From: a virus
Taxonomy: Duplodnaviria; Caudoviricetes
DNA: 63,615 bases
Virus record (IMG/VR): IMGVR_UViG_3300027699_000001
Span: 1 to 63,615 of that record
Strand: one strand, 5' to 3'
The notes beneath the pieces are model-generated. The model was not told the DNA's origin. It saw only the letters and a list, made by a program, of their open reading frames with translations, and did not search any database. Below, in pieces: positions 33,701 through 40,188 of this stretch (its first letter is position 1; each line of letters begins with the position of its first letter). Position numbers and translations under genes: made by a program.

Positions 33701-34150
33701 ATAATATTCTCTAAAATTAACAAACTTATCCCAATCTATATGAGGATCCCAAGAATAATATTCTTGTGTACTAATAATACTATGATCTTTTAAGGTAGGA
33801 TTAAAACTTATTAATTGAGAAATGTAATCATTATAATCTTCATAAAATTCTATATTATCTAAATCATCTTTTATAATAGTTGCTGGTTCAAATTGATAAT
33901 CTTTTCTATTTTGGCTTATATCTCCAATATAATTATCTTCTTGATTAAACGATTTAGCTGTTTCTCTTCCAAAATACCCATTAAGTTTTTCTGCAACACC
34001 CGGTTGCATTAATTGATCTAAAGTACTAGATAAAAATTTACTATTAGGTATTGTTCTAAAATACCTAGGCAAATGAAATTCGCTTTTTCGTTTGGCGTTA
34101 TCGTCTCCAACGGGCGATGGAAAATCTTTTTGATTATTTTCGAATGCCAT
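18761..34150 (-). CDS. Giant (5129 aa) multidomain baseplate wedge/adhesion protein (gp7-position)
   Basis: Uninterrupted 15.4-kb ORF directly downstream of gp6. Contains FG-GAP-like repeats, YxxGDxVxY modules, PGxGY repeats and (G/S)DGxTxxF repeats. Confidence 0.75.
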   Translation of the reverse strand: MAFENNQKDFPSPVGDDNAKRKSEFHLPRYFRTIPNSKFLSSTLDQLMQPGVAEKLNGYFGRETAKSFNQEDNYIGDISQNRKDYQFEPATIIKDDLDNIEFYEDYNDYISQLISFNPTLKDHSIISTQEYYSWDPHIDWDKFVNFREYYWLSNGPQSVAVRGQTTEVVSTYTVTIADNEDNFGYVFTPDGLTQNPTIKLYRGVTYKFEINTPGLPFTVRTKRTLDDEFLIETEISEQGVETGVVQIIPTDSTSNELWYVADNDIEAAGLIKVAGIEEASFIDVEAEILGKKTYTTGAGFELSNGMKIHFIGDVVPAKYATGEFYVEGVGDKIVLIPEETLTVPSAFVDKVSFEFDNANFDRLPFDEAIGYPVVRDYFLINRASNDGNLWSRYNRWFHKSVVELSASLNDQPAELDQLQRAKRPIIEFQPGLKLYNFGTWTKGNVDLLDTVTTDVFSIIEGSSGYNIDGVDLIDGMRILFLGDPDLLVYGRIFQVKFITFADGSGRASNRQLSLIDVTDTQPLEDEVVLIQNGDTYKGLMYYYDGTKWKQAQTKTKVNQAPLFEIFDENGYSFNDETVYDSTTFVGNKVFSYKEGTGTVDTEVGLALYHRTIENVGDITFNFNLLNEFIEFQIDNKLYYKDTDIGFLRTYSNRETFKVGNGWQKASTLSQQSVIRQYVYDNTLNKFEIDVYENSASLTDLNITVFLNNDLKFKDIDYTLETSINNFVEITFLESINTKKLVLGDNIVIKTTSSAVKNDNGFYEIPNNLERNPLNNNLNEFTLGEVNDHVSTIVEGLTDFSGIFPGASNLRDLGFVTNLGKRFVKHSSPLNLAMYHLLNRDANLPQAIRFARKEYAKFKRLFLQVANDLGFEGPIKDHVEKILTEINKDKINSMPFYFSDMVPGGSVKKTTHEIESSSQIYFALSQPFTLENSSRRAVQVYKNSKQLIHSKDYTFNSEGFCVVTASKVKGDLLDIYEYETTNGSYVPPTPTKLGLYPKYEPELFIDTTYQSIVPTGTGPFKIYGYVENTTETFKRKIGWFYPLYTTEAAASSADLTEHNGTGSSHSLIIEGLFKTFWMPDSFTNYAANNTDDFSLWTEGIPVIQGHDGSKIIAYKDYRDELILELELRIFNNLKVEYDTALFDIHDFIEGTFRKTAYTREESNRPMLSDFIEWLKLVDDDYTDNPFFERTNSFTFNYNSMSSPLGTSIPGFWRGVYKKAFDTDRPHSHPWEMLGFTLKPTWWETVYGVPPYTSDNLILWSDLENGIVREPNKKIKILKNYLRPGLTTFIPVDSVGNIISPNLSGFAQNFNSGTIENPFKFGDETPIETAWRRSSEYPFSLITSWFLSQPCKVLATGLDRERQTKNIAKQIIYNATKNHIKLSNLVFPNTHVDAAQTYTSGLINYVAGYMASSVVKSYTTYQSNLKNISNQIGFKIGGFTEKDKFKLILDSRTPLNEGNVFVPKENYSIFLNKSTPVKTINYSGVMIEIKENGFKIKGYDDIFPSFKYFKAVSLDNDVVITIGGVSEPVLKFEGESFYAAGAIVEFNNKFYRATKAHTSAINFSIENFASLPILPTKGGREITLRTEFNTHIESELDYGTVLLTIQEVVDFLQGYGKYLESLGFVFDNFRGDGSVIDNWQTSCKEFAFWTTHGWAEGTLISLSPGASQLKFKSENAVVDNIFDTFFGYTLLKVDGKKLTEEFVIVDRQDPNEFILRPKNTADGIFSIKLQLVQKEHVVLLDNKTVFKDTIYDPEPGYRQERIKVLGYRTTDWDGSLNIPGFIYDESRITDWEPYRDYFIGELVKHKEFFYTANSKIPGKEEFIDKDWNRLDDKPSSQLIPNFEYKTNQFADFYDLDSDNFDTDQQKLAQHLIGYQKRTYLENIINDDVSQYKFYQGYIQDKGTKNALTKLFDVLSSADKDSLQFYEEWAIKRGQYGAAEGFEEVQYILDESNFRLKPQPIDLVETITGTEADLIYRIRPFETFLKPKNYNHSPFPKTYIEPDKGFTNDSGYVNSEDVQFIVETYDSILDINFAECNKGNYIWVGNDKLTWNMYKHADTDLDIEAVEGGDTEFVVVLNSTPKDIVEGELLGVYDLISTTLDPADSSYATVTQSTAAIGAFYKVKDVTVNKITFETTEEVESVESCKGKISKLVSVRTDTLQNLNILAQTLAESKSLFWLDNDDSNRWVVYENNKAYNKLQDLSSSIDTAGSEFGTTLSTNLSNTALVVGAPEEDEGKVYYYRRASSNGNFILRQIIVPEEDFATGFKLWFSDILFVVGDQVKYNNVFYIVNTEHTSTEVFNIAYFDQLTQPDLQKFGASLDLSLDGKYLIVGSPNASNLKTRYKSDYDPSIAYTLGDIVHYNFKLWTAMAAIVPETSFIEFGSFTSTAQLIETIGNITSTSEQIPGLLTGRYPFTTTTADHLLIRAPKVMYDGVDVNDEVILEWNTFTIANQFQDDYILRQPFAGLIPEINDTFLTGTHVVQKKIDLVLYLTAFTNKPVLGDKVETQTGHGIVVFTYEADDNLTIYINNVNGTINSTDSLFLESGDFIGEYVIAAPVETIDVSEEYGGYWWIDVPTYNVFSNTSDEGKGLVFSDVITDSTVTNKFYYNILDYNNSTVESSQDTLGSYFKVLSYQGFPGPDGETNPILSSKYIIRAPKDLTDTLSVDDQFRFYMPSLARYSNGFQNDPTLVNLNYTDLNKTLTVDQLWEGYITFDFTKFTIFGDPFEPRIGDTVRDTTTNATAEVVFYQRSALEVTIFVNNVIGNWSNGAEFSDVAEIEFLATPGDPDPIYQVDRVMGEIQHKSLGLSSEGIGKLIVVDNGSNIPLPSQNILTDVEYWFYNQGTVQGVPILPNVPSADNNDWANTYSIPVDSTSTASGFTHQGMFSIYETGITNRFKFTNAFTVPEAENYFYLGNDVRLTQHTDLYRGFVKAGSDTKDSTVFPGRIYFIKNGTDLSGNTWAWELGKEKSFQGTHLPSISYNTDDLVYLDGSIFKALSNLDAKVFDSTEWTQVTTPLDYLGYVPNNTEILPIFDSADPSTVLDQGSLYSFGTKFDVTNNGEILTVIADYQDAKPKAVVIYRSFNGNYQRHQTILAPDPNIGFGDDICISKDGAMLAIGVPLDDSIKITQGKVLIYTQVNGEYVLNQTLNSPNNEKVELFGIKVAFGEDTLAITAKNTDFIGHTTFDTNLDPEAPLVPQTVFDNDFTSFAKLYVDTGTVYLYEKINDTMVYGQPLAFERVDSTTQNLSVSKFGTNLYVNENHVYIGLPDVSVDTNYIGSISDYRKITSTKIWEKHRVPKDTVDVHKIKKLFLYDSKTNDFITYLDCIDPIQGKIAGIADQELKYKLYYDPAVYNLTNEDLSLLASDVTVSNTNTWGKYQVNQLWWDLDKARFLNPYQENTIYSTNNWNKLFPGNSIKVYEWVGTKYLPSEWDELSDTEEGITEGVSGKSKYGDSMFVAMREYDSVSQTFSNMYYYWVNAKATVPDAEFRTLSCADVENYIKDPAAQGLKFVNFISPSSFVIHNCDNLIKGKDIAFSTEYWIIENQNINIHNQYQLFTEGLETSKPNKDIERKWFDSLVGYDDFGRPVPALNLSPREKYGILNDPRQTWFVNREEALKQLIERINGILLKNLIIDDKDITGLSSKEPEPTVSSYVFDTSISTLEELDSVGTVKITKTLLEPVVSNGKIIRVNITEPGRGYLVTPTYTISGDGIDAKFQLTINSVGAVTEVAVINEGQNYTSTTSISVRQFTVLVKSDSTLQGKWALYQRNTANTDWERIQSQAFDVSLFWDYVDWYDTGYNEFTTIDYLIDASHQLQGLDDDTGDIVKIANIGSGGWLLLEKIDDADFIDYTINYKTVGRESGTLKFLSSLYDSATTIGYDSVSYDTKFYDNQPVSETRKILETLRDKVFIDELAVEYNNMFLSSIRYVFSEQSYVDWAFKTSFVKAKHNVGNLEEKITFQNDNLASYEEYLEEVKPFKTKLREYVSDYDALEPSKNLITDFDLSPNYSNVAKAIIPHTAKVIDNIIVGKTPELSTYPNKNWLDNLTYQVISVKIADGGKNYTFPPDLIFSDGDSTIADVGSGAKAIATLGANGEIVSAKVTKPGSGYLNAPVIEVNGDGTGARLVAVIGEGLVRSMHTIVKFDRVTGVFVITNLNETETFAGTGSTYVFNLIFPMDMRTNTIEVLINDTLALQSEYTYKNILDTTKGYDRYYGRIEFVIPPINGQEIKINYKKPVELLQAQDRISLFYNPTTGQFGKDLAQLMDGIDYGGVEVKSFEFGGTSGWDSNPWYTDSWDTYDTTFEDEVFVLDGSTISVELSKPLEASVVYNLYRNGIRLDDPNWTIDPDSTLVENPNAIMRSITGDGTTQTLELQELEIPTQADDIIVLRKTTSDGSFISDPESFDTALSGGNLLYTTATGLNAEDINVDGDGFITPTTSKGPEEVIPGQVLDAVDITVFERPTTGSSIIINKNHVGDGVTTVYEIGKTPFTDSSLLVKINSDIIPSSLSSDSSHEIEFTVDYKNSTVIFNIPPADGARINLTLVEPSGLQILDIDSFVSDGSSNSFETNVRWSENIDFIASSNGVKLDSVIVKSEGSYPNNVELVLAQPLREGDVVRYALFLGTAANEEVFSEVTIDEFISDGSTTTYELSQTPFSQEPSAFYTLVQVKDKILNAGYNQTFTMTSSKEYQLDLWQAPIGTLQNHNVEVYLNKIKLSYPDQWTFVGADSFDDAFPVDQQRGSAIVLDDSIGEVGDTLGVFIISEGEYRFGYHETDADSAQSFISTPGVLYLDSPYDINDTIKVYQFSNNAYQNFDRQKFEIEEKTELTVGSDDYYFLNNLRAGLIELRTPAVDAKYVWVILNGNLLMPNVDYRITENRRYVRLLEEPKEDDVIETLHFGNPTVITKHGWRQFKDMLNRNHYKRIDGTKNYLLLKDLNWYDKTIEVIADDDLTAPASGSPYPGVIWINGERIEYFIRDGNALKQLRRGTLGTGVKEVHSSGTEVYEQGSNSSIPYKDETITTIFTGDGTTSIFELDFVPQSINEFEVFVAGKRLRKNAISSYNFETLTAQDSPEGDITLAAEFTLQSSALTLLNVPAENQKIIVIRRQGKIWSEQGTPLSQADNDIGRFLRATSVDLPR

Positions 34151-34167
34151 TCTTAACTTCCTTGAAA

Positions 34168-37100
34168 TTAAACACTTTGAATACCAGCTCTTGTTGATGT
34201 ACTAGTTGTTACTACACTACCTCCTAGTGCTTTTAATCTGCTAGCAGTTACGGCGTCAATTATTTCTGTATTATCTACTGTAGCACCACTAATAAAAATT
34301 TCATCAACTTCTGCTTTAATTTCAAACAGACTACCAAAAACTTGGTTTTCTTGTTTAGGAACAATTAAGAATGTTACTAAATCAGGAGCAAGATCAGACA
34401 TTACATAACTTCCTAACTCTGAAAAGTAAAACTTTTCACCAAAGTCCCAATTTTCTAATGCAAAAAATTCATTAATAGCTGCTATAACTCGCGATTTAAT
34501 ATCGTTGTCATTTAAAACTATGTTTGGATTTTTTACTATTTTAAAAATTGATTGTAAATCGTCTGAAGCTTTATCTCCAAAAAGTATTTTATACTTAACA
34601 GGATGATAAATTATTTCATCACTTAATGATTTAATTTTATTTAATTGTTCACTATAAGATAAAAATAAACTATCAGAACTAGCTGGTAATGGTTTCGCTC
34701 CTGTGCCCGCTAAAAACAATCTAAAATTAGTATCATATCCTTTAGTTAAAATATAAACATCTATAATATTACTTGCACTTGGATCGATTCTCGAACTATC
34801 ATCAGCAGCATGTTCATAATGAAATGAAATTTCATCTCTTCCAATCCTAGCTCGATAGCTACTTGTTTCTTCTAATATTCCTGTAGTACTGTTATATATT
34901 TTAAATAAATCAACACTAGTAAAATAAAATAATTGACTATTAGAATAGGTGCTTAAGGCTTGCAAATAAGATTCACTTTCTAATACTATTACACTTATAG
35001 AACTACTACTAACATAATTGAAATCTTCTACGCCATCAGATGTTATAACTTTTTGTTGAAAAATATATTTGGTTAACGGAGAAACAGTTTCATTAACTAT
35101 TGTTGAAAAAATATCTGGATCGTCTACAACACCATCATCATCTGTATCAAAAAAAGTAACTTGTATTTTTTTACTATCTACATACCCTTCAGCATCTCTA
35201 TATTCTTCTGTAAGCTCCCAATCAAAATCTACAGTAAATGGATTTACATCATCAGGTTTAGTATTAATATTTAAAACACTTATTCTATCTTTAACAACTT
35301 TCCCTGTTATATTATTATAAATCTTATCTGTTGAATCAAAATAGAAACGCATTTCTTGATCACTCTCAAAAATGTATCTTAATGCACGATTTGTTATTGT
35401 ATACGATTCTGTGTTGGTTTCAAATAATAATAACCAACTTGAATCTAACTGTTGATTTGATACATCTCCTTGCTTACCTGTACTAAAAGGACTAATAACA
35501 TTTAAATTATTTTCTGTTACAATTCTCCATGACTGCGAGTCTGTACTATATCTCAATCCAAACGTTTTATAAGCAAAAACTTGATCAATTAATTGTGTTG
35601 CAACATCTTGTTCTAAAGAAAAAGCAAGTCCTGGACGTACTTCTGCTAATATAGAATCTGATGGGATAATATCATTTAAAAATACAGGGCCTATTCCTGT
35701 CGAAGCAACAACTGTTCCATCTCCTGATACTTTCGAAACTTTAACCCAACGATAATCTATAACTCCTTTCTTTCCTTGGAAACTTCCTGAAACTACTTCA
35801 TTATTTAGAAAAGTCTTACCTGTTGGTGGTAAAAATTTAATCAAAGAACCCGGAACTACTAATTTTAAAAGTGAAGTAGTAAATGTTCCTAATTGGGATT
35901 TTAAACCATCAGTATTTGTGAAATACCCTGTGCTTAAATTAGTAGCTGATGTTGATTGAACCCATTTAATTCCTAAATCCTCTAATGGAATTTTAGGAAA
36001 TTCTCCATAATAATAATTTCTTAATTTTTTATCTTTTAAAATGGGTTCTATATTATTTACAATTGCACCTTCTATATCTGTTTTGGTAACAAAAGTAAAA
36101 GCTGTTTGAGGATTAATATTTTCACGATATATAACACCATCTGTACCATATAAACTTGTTTTACTATATTTTCCTGTAGCATCTATTAAATCAAAATATC
36201 TAGATATACCGCTAGCTGTTCTATTAACGGATTTTACTTTAATAATTTCTTGGCTAACTCCTAATGGTGAGATTTGATAATCTTCAGCAGTAACCATTCT
36301 ATTTTGTGTATAATACGTAGCAGGTGCATTTGTCTTTATATTTGCATTTGTTTCACTAGTAGTTGCATTATCTACTGTATTTTTTAATTCATACGTTATA
36401 GTTAAAGTTTCTACTTTATCTAATTTAGAAAGATAAGGAATAGTAACATTAATTCCTTGCATATCATCTGGTGTAACTATAACACGTTCATTTTTACTTA
36501 CTCTATAAAAAACCCGGAAAGTACCTTTAGGTAAATTTCCAAATGTACCATCTGCAAAAATTAAACTAATACGATCATCTACACGAGTTAATACAGCATA
36601 AATGTTTCTAAGTTTTTTATTTACACTATTGTAAATTACATTATTACCTTCAACCGATTCTACCTTTGTCCATAGTTCTGATTCATTTCCAAAACTATCT
36701 AATTTATAAAGCCAAACATCTGTTTCATTAATATTAATAGCATCAATTGCAACAACCTGACTAGTACTTGGATTGTTTACTGTAAAAACACCTTCATCTA
36801 TTACACCTTCTCTAAATTGACTAAAAAATCCGCTATTACTACTAGCAGGTCCTCTACCATCATCTCTATGTAAAAATGCAAAATTATTTCCTGGAAACGG
36901 TGCTTCTTCTGTTATTATACTAGCAACAAGATCAGTTGATACAACTTCAAATCTTACTGCACGACCGTCTACATTTTTACTAAATCCATAAACTGGAATT
37001 TCTTCATTAGTACTAAGCAATCTATATTGATCAGTAGGAATTGCATTAGCAGTTCCCCTTTTTATAGGTCTACCAAATTTGGCATTAGCAGGCAATGCAG

Positions 37101-37584
37101 AATTTATTACTTTTATAAATTGTTCATACCAATCAGGATTTGTAGGATCATTCCATACAATTGTCTGACCTGTTAAATTTACATTATTTGAATCAAGTAT
37201 CTCTTCTGTAGTAACAATACTTTCAAACTTTAATAGACCATTTGCACATTGATTACGCTTTGGGTTATATGAAAGTAATCGTGCAAGACGTAACACTGAT
37301 TCTCTGCGCTCTGCAAGTTCTAAATAATTTTCTCTTGCGTTTAAATCTACACGGAAAGAAATATTTTGACCTAAATAAGCAATTAAATCAATTAATGCTA
37401 GATATTCACTAGATTCAATATAATCATTAAAATCTTCAGGATAATTTTCCCGAAGGTAATTTATCATAGTTCGTCTTAAATTATCAAAATCATAACTTTG
37501 AAAATCTGCATGACGGAAGGACTGGTAAACACGTTTCCAGTCTTCTGCTAATAACAATCTGTTTTGTCTATCCGTTGCCGACAT
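34168..37584 (-). CDS. gp6: Baseplate wedge subunit, T4 gp6-like (extended)
   Basis: YDFDNLR..MINYLR...FNDYIESS...LIDLIAY...ENYLELA.RRESV..LA..LSYNP, FADGTFG.LP, AP..Y.TQNRMVTAEDY. Confidence 0.9.
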   Translation of the reverse strand: MSATDRQNRLLLAEDWKRVYQSFRHADFQSYDFDNLRRTMINYLRENYPEDFNDYIESSEYLALIDLIAYLGQNISFRVDLNARENYLELAERRESVLRLARLLSYNPKRNQCANGLLKFESIVTTEEILDSNNVNLTGQTIVWNDPTNPDWYEQFIKVINSALPANAKFGRPIKRGTANAIPTDQYRLLSTNEEIPVYGFSKNVDGRAVRFEVVSTDLVASIITEEAPFPGNNFAFLHRDDGRGPASSNSGFFSQFREGVIDEGVFTVNNPSTSQVVAIDAININETDVWLYKLDSFGNESELWTKVESVEGNNVIYNSVNKKLRNIYAVLTRVDDRISLIFADGTFGNLPKGTFRVFYRVSKNERVIVTPDDMQGINVTIPYLSKLDKVETLTITYELKNTVDNATTSETNANIKTNAPATYYTQNRMVTAEDYQISPLGVSQEIIKVKSVNRTASGISRYFDLIDATGKYSKTSLYGTDGVIYRENINPQTAFTFVTKTDIEGAIVNNIEPILKDKKLRNYYYGEFPKIPLEDLGIKWVQSTSATNLSTGYFTNTDGLKSQLGTFTTSLLKLVVPGSLIKFLPPTGKTFLNNEVVSGSFQGKKGVIDYRWVKVSKVSGDGTVVASTGIGPVFLNDIIPSDSILAEVRPGLAFSLEQDVATQLIDQVFAYKTFGLRYSTDSQSWRIVTENNLNVISPFSTGKQGDVSNQQLDSSWLLLFETNTESYTITNRALRYIFESDQEMRFYFDSTDKIYNNITGKVVKDRISVLNINTKPDDVNPFTVDFDWELTEEYRDAEGYVDSKKIQVTFFDTDDDGVVDDPDIFSTIVNETVSPLTKYIFQQKVITSDGVEDFNYVSSSSISVIVLESESYLQALSTYSNSQLFYFTSVDLFKIYNSTTGILEETSSYRARIGRDEISFHYEHAADDSSRIDPSASNIIDVYILTKGYDTNFRLFLAGTGAKPLPASSDSLFLSYSEQLNKIKSLSDEIIYHPVKYKILFGDKASDDLQSIFKIVKNPNIVLNDNDIKSRVIAAINEFFALENWDFGEKFYFSELGSYVMSDLAPDLVTFLIVPKQENQVFGSLFEIKAEVDEIFISGATVDNTEIIDAVTASRLKALGGSVVTTSTSTRAGIQSV

Positions 37585-37606
37585 TATTACTTTCCTTAAT
37601 TATAAC

Positions 37607-37616
37607 TATTTATTTA
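37607..37616 (-). promoter_or_regulatory. T4-type late promoter (tandem TAAATA)
   Basis: TATTTATTTA upstream of gp6. Confidence 0.55.
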
Positions 37617-37642
37617 ATACAATAAACAGAGCATATTATAAA

Positions 37643-38092
37643 TCATGTTGTTAAGAACCCTGCCTCTTCATCAAATGTTAATCTTAATGTTTCTGATATA
37701 TTATAAGGCAAATACGTTAAAGTACATTCTATCTGAATACCCTTTTCATATTCATCAACAATTATACTATCTACATTGGTCCTAGGATCATTATTAATTA
37801 TTTTTTGAGCATTTGATGCAATAGCATCTTTTAGTTGTTCAGTTAATGGCTCAAATAAAGCATCCCAAATAATTGTTCCAAATTCTGGATTACTTAATTT
37901 TTCTCCTTGACGAATATGAAAATGGTTTATTAAATCTTGTTTAATCAAAGAAATATCATACAGTGTAAAACTAGAGTTTTCTGGATTAACAGTACTTAAT
38001 CCTCTATATGATACTTTCTGAGAAGTAACTTCAAGGCTTTTATTTCCCGGAACTACTATTTCTGCATAAATTTTCTTTTCTAATGTACTCAT
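37643..38092 (-). CDS. gp25: Baseplate wedge/sheath initiator, T4 gp25-like
   Basis: LIKQDLINHFHIRQGEKLSNPEFGTIIWDALFEPL...DPR. Confidence 0.92.
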   Translation of the reverse strand: MSTLEKKIYAEIVVPGNKSLEVTSQKVSYRGLSTVNPENSSFTLYDISLIKQDLINHFHIRQGEKLSNPEFGTIIWDALFEPLTEQLKDAIASNAQKIINNDPRTNVDSIIVDEYEKGIQIECTLTYLPYNISETLRLTFDEEAGFLTT

Positions 38093-38097
38093 AACAA

Positions 38098-38103
38098 TAT
38101 TTA
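38098..38103 (-). promoter_or_regulatory. Late promoter TAAATA, 5 nt before the gp25 ATG
   Basis: Minus strand reads TAAATA-TTGTT-ATG with no SD. Confidence 0.6.
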
Positions 38104-38113
38104 CCTTACAAAT

Positions 38114-38416
38114 TTACCCCTTTCCGTTTGCAAATACATCAGTAGAGCTAGTTTTAGCTGCATTTGGTACCCAACTAGCATGTCCTCCAGTAGCATCATT
38201 TTTTCGATGAACTGGTATATTATTAACAAGTACATTAGGAGAACCCACAGCGGCTGGATCACCGCATGCTGTTGTGTCACCTATTCGTACTGTCTTTTCT
38301 TTATTAGTAAATACATCCGGACTACCTGTAGCATATGCTGTCTGATGAAACGGATTTGGTGTAGGTGATGCATGACCTACATGTACATCTTTGTTTATTC
38401 TAACTACTCCTGGCAT
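38114..38416 (-). CDS. gp5.4: PAAR-family spike tip protein, T4 gp5.4-like
   Basis: DxHxGH, GSPDVFTN, RIGDTTACG, GSPNVLVNNIPVHRKND..GGH, SSTDVFANG; directly after gp5. Confidence 0.9.
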   Translation of the reverse strand: MPGVVRINKDVHVGHASPTPNPFHQTAYATGSPDVFTNKEKTVRIGDTTACGDPAAVGSPNVLVNNIPVHRKNDATGGHASWVPNAAKTSSTDVFANGKG

Positions 38417-38437
38417 TAATTTCTCCTTTGCTACTTC

Positions 38438-40171
38438 TTATCTTGGTGGACCGCCTTGCGCCGTTATCGTTTGATTAGCGGTGTTTATAGGTGGTTCAGG
38501 TTGTGGTTCGCCACAATCTTTCTTAGATGGATCTTTCTTTGCTTGGTTTTCTGCTGCAAGGTCTAGTAATTTAGTTCCATCTTGAAATGTTTGACCAGCA
38601 GTTGAAATCTGCCTAGGAGTATCATTTATTCTTTCTTCTAGGTCTTCAGGCATTCTAACACTAGTAGCACTATCATTATCTGTCTTATCCGGAACATGAT
38701 TTACAGGATCATAATTTTCATGTCCAGCCCAGGGTTCTTTTTGAGGAACTCTTAATGGAATCTTAGATAGCATAGCGGATTCTGCAGATCCAGCTATAGC
38801 TGCTACAGGACCATTCATATGAATTTCTGTAGCAGTTTCTGTAATATTTGCTCCAGCATTATTATGAAAATTTGACCCAGATGCAATCATAGTATTTGCT
38901 TTAGCTTTAATTTGTATAGAACCTCCGACTGCTTCTACAAAAGTAGAATCTTCAGATTTAACATTTATAGCAGATTCTAGTGATTGTATATAAAAAGTAT
39001 TTTGTGCTTGAAAATGTATTTCACCTTCTTCGAATCTGTCAGGTATGTGCTTCTGCCTAGAAGCTTCTATTTCTTCATCTGTAAATCCTGCTGTTCCATT
39101 AAGATGCCTAGCGGCACGAAGATTAATATCTCTTTTTGCATCTAAATTAATATCTCTTTTAGCAGTTACGTTTAAATCATTTTCTGTATGAATACTCACA
39201 CTGTCTGTTGCATAAACATCTATTTTTCCATTTGATGTTAATTCTAACCAAGTCTTACCGTTAGCACTTCCAATATAAATTAAATCTTCTGTATTATGCA
39301 ATAAAATTTGATGGCCTGTTCTTGTTCTAAATCGCACTAATTCATTAGCAGGCAAAGTAGGATCGCCGCCTTTTTCTTTTGCTTCTACATTTACATATTC
39401 AGATTTTGTAGTACTTGCAGGACCTTTGCGAAGTAAAGAAGCATTACCATCATCCATAACAAATGATGTTCCTCCTAACCTACTAGATGCTATAATAGTT
39501 TGTTCACCACCTTTACCATATTTTCCTTTAGGAGCGCCTGGCCGGCGATCATAAGGTCCTGGTGTACTCCAACCAAATACTGTGCTAGGTAATTCTCGCC
39601 TAGCACTTGACGTAGAAATACCTCTAATAGTATCAGAAATTAATCCATTAGTATCTAATACGGTTTTAAAATCTGTATTAACAGGTTTAACAAATTGTGT
39701 AGGATCTTGACCTTTTTGTTTTTGACGTTTATTATATTCACCTACAGGTAACATTTTTGTTTTATCATCTGAATTATAAGTAGTAGCAGGATTTCCAGGT
39801 ACCATAAAATTCATAAATTCGTCAGGTACACAACCTATCCAAAATCCATTTGCTCGATTACCTTCAACAAAAGTTACTAAAACAGTAGTTCCTATATCAG
39901 GTGGTATTGCCCAAAGTCCATAACTTTTCTGTGTATTTTGAAAACCATCATTTTTAGTAACATCTTTAAAAGGCGTTGCTCCAAAAAAAGCAGGCAAATA
40001 ACTTACTTGAAGAATTTGTCCTGTTCCTGAAGTAGTATTTCCTGATTCTGATAATTTTAATAGTTCTACTTCTAATCCACCCATATACTTGGTATCAAGG
40101 TGACTAATAACAGTTGCCAAATAAGGACCACCCTGTACATCAACACTTGGAGTTCTTGTATCTTGTGCCAT
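38438..40171 (-). CDS. gp5: Baseplate central spike, T4 gp5/VgrG-like (OB-fold + beta-helix, no obvious lysozyme)
   Basis: SYGLWAIPPDIGTTVLVTF.EG...GFWIGC OB-fold, RTRTGHQILLH, and octapeptide beta-helix repeats. Confidence 0.85.
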   Translation of the reverse strand: MAQDTRTPSVDVQGGPYLATVISHLDTKYMGGLEVELLKLSESGNTTSGTGQILQVSYLPAFFGATPFKDVTKNDGFQNTQKSYGLWAIPPDIGTTVLVTFVEGNRANGFWIGCVPDEFMNFMVPGNPATTYNSDDKTKMLPVGEYNKRQKQKGQDPTQFVKPVNTDFKTVLDTNGLISDTIRGISTSSARRELPSTVFGWSTPGPYDRRPGAPKGKYGKGGEQTIIASSRLGGTSFVMDDGNASLLRKGPASTTKSEYVNVEAKEKGGDPTLPANELVRFRTRTGHQILLHNTEDLIYIGSANGKTWLELTSNGKIDVYATDSVSIHTENDLNVTAKRDINLDAKRDINLRAARHLNGTAGFTDEEIEASRQKHIPDRFEEGEIHFQAQNTFYIQSLESAINVKSEDSTFVEAVGGSIQIKAKANTMIASGSNFHNNAGANITETATEIHMNGPVAAIAGSAESAMLSKIPLRVPQKEPWAGHENYDPVNHVPDKTDNDSATSVRMPEDLEERINDTPRQISTAGQTFQDGTKLLDLAAENQAKKDPSKKDCGEPQPEPPINTANQTITAQGGPPR

Positions 40172-40188
40172 TTTATAACATCAATCCT

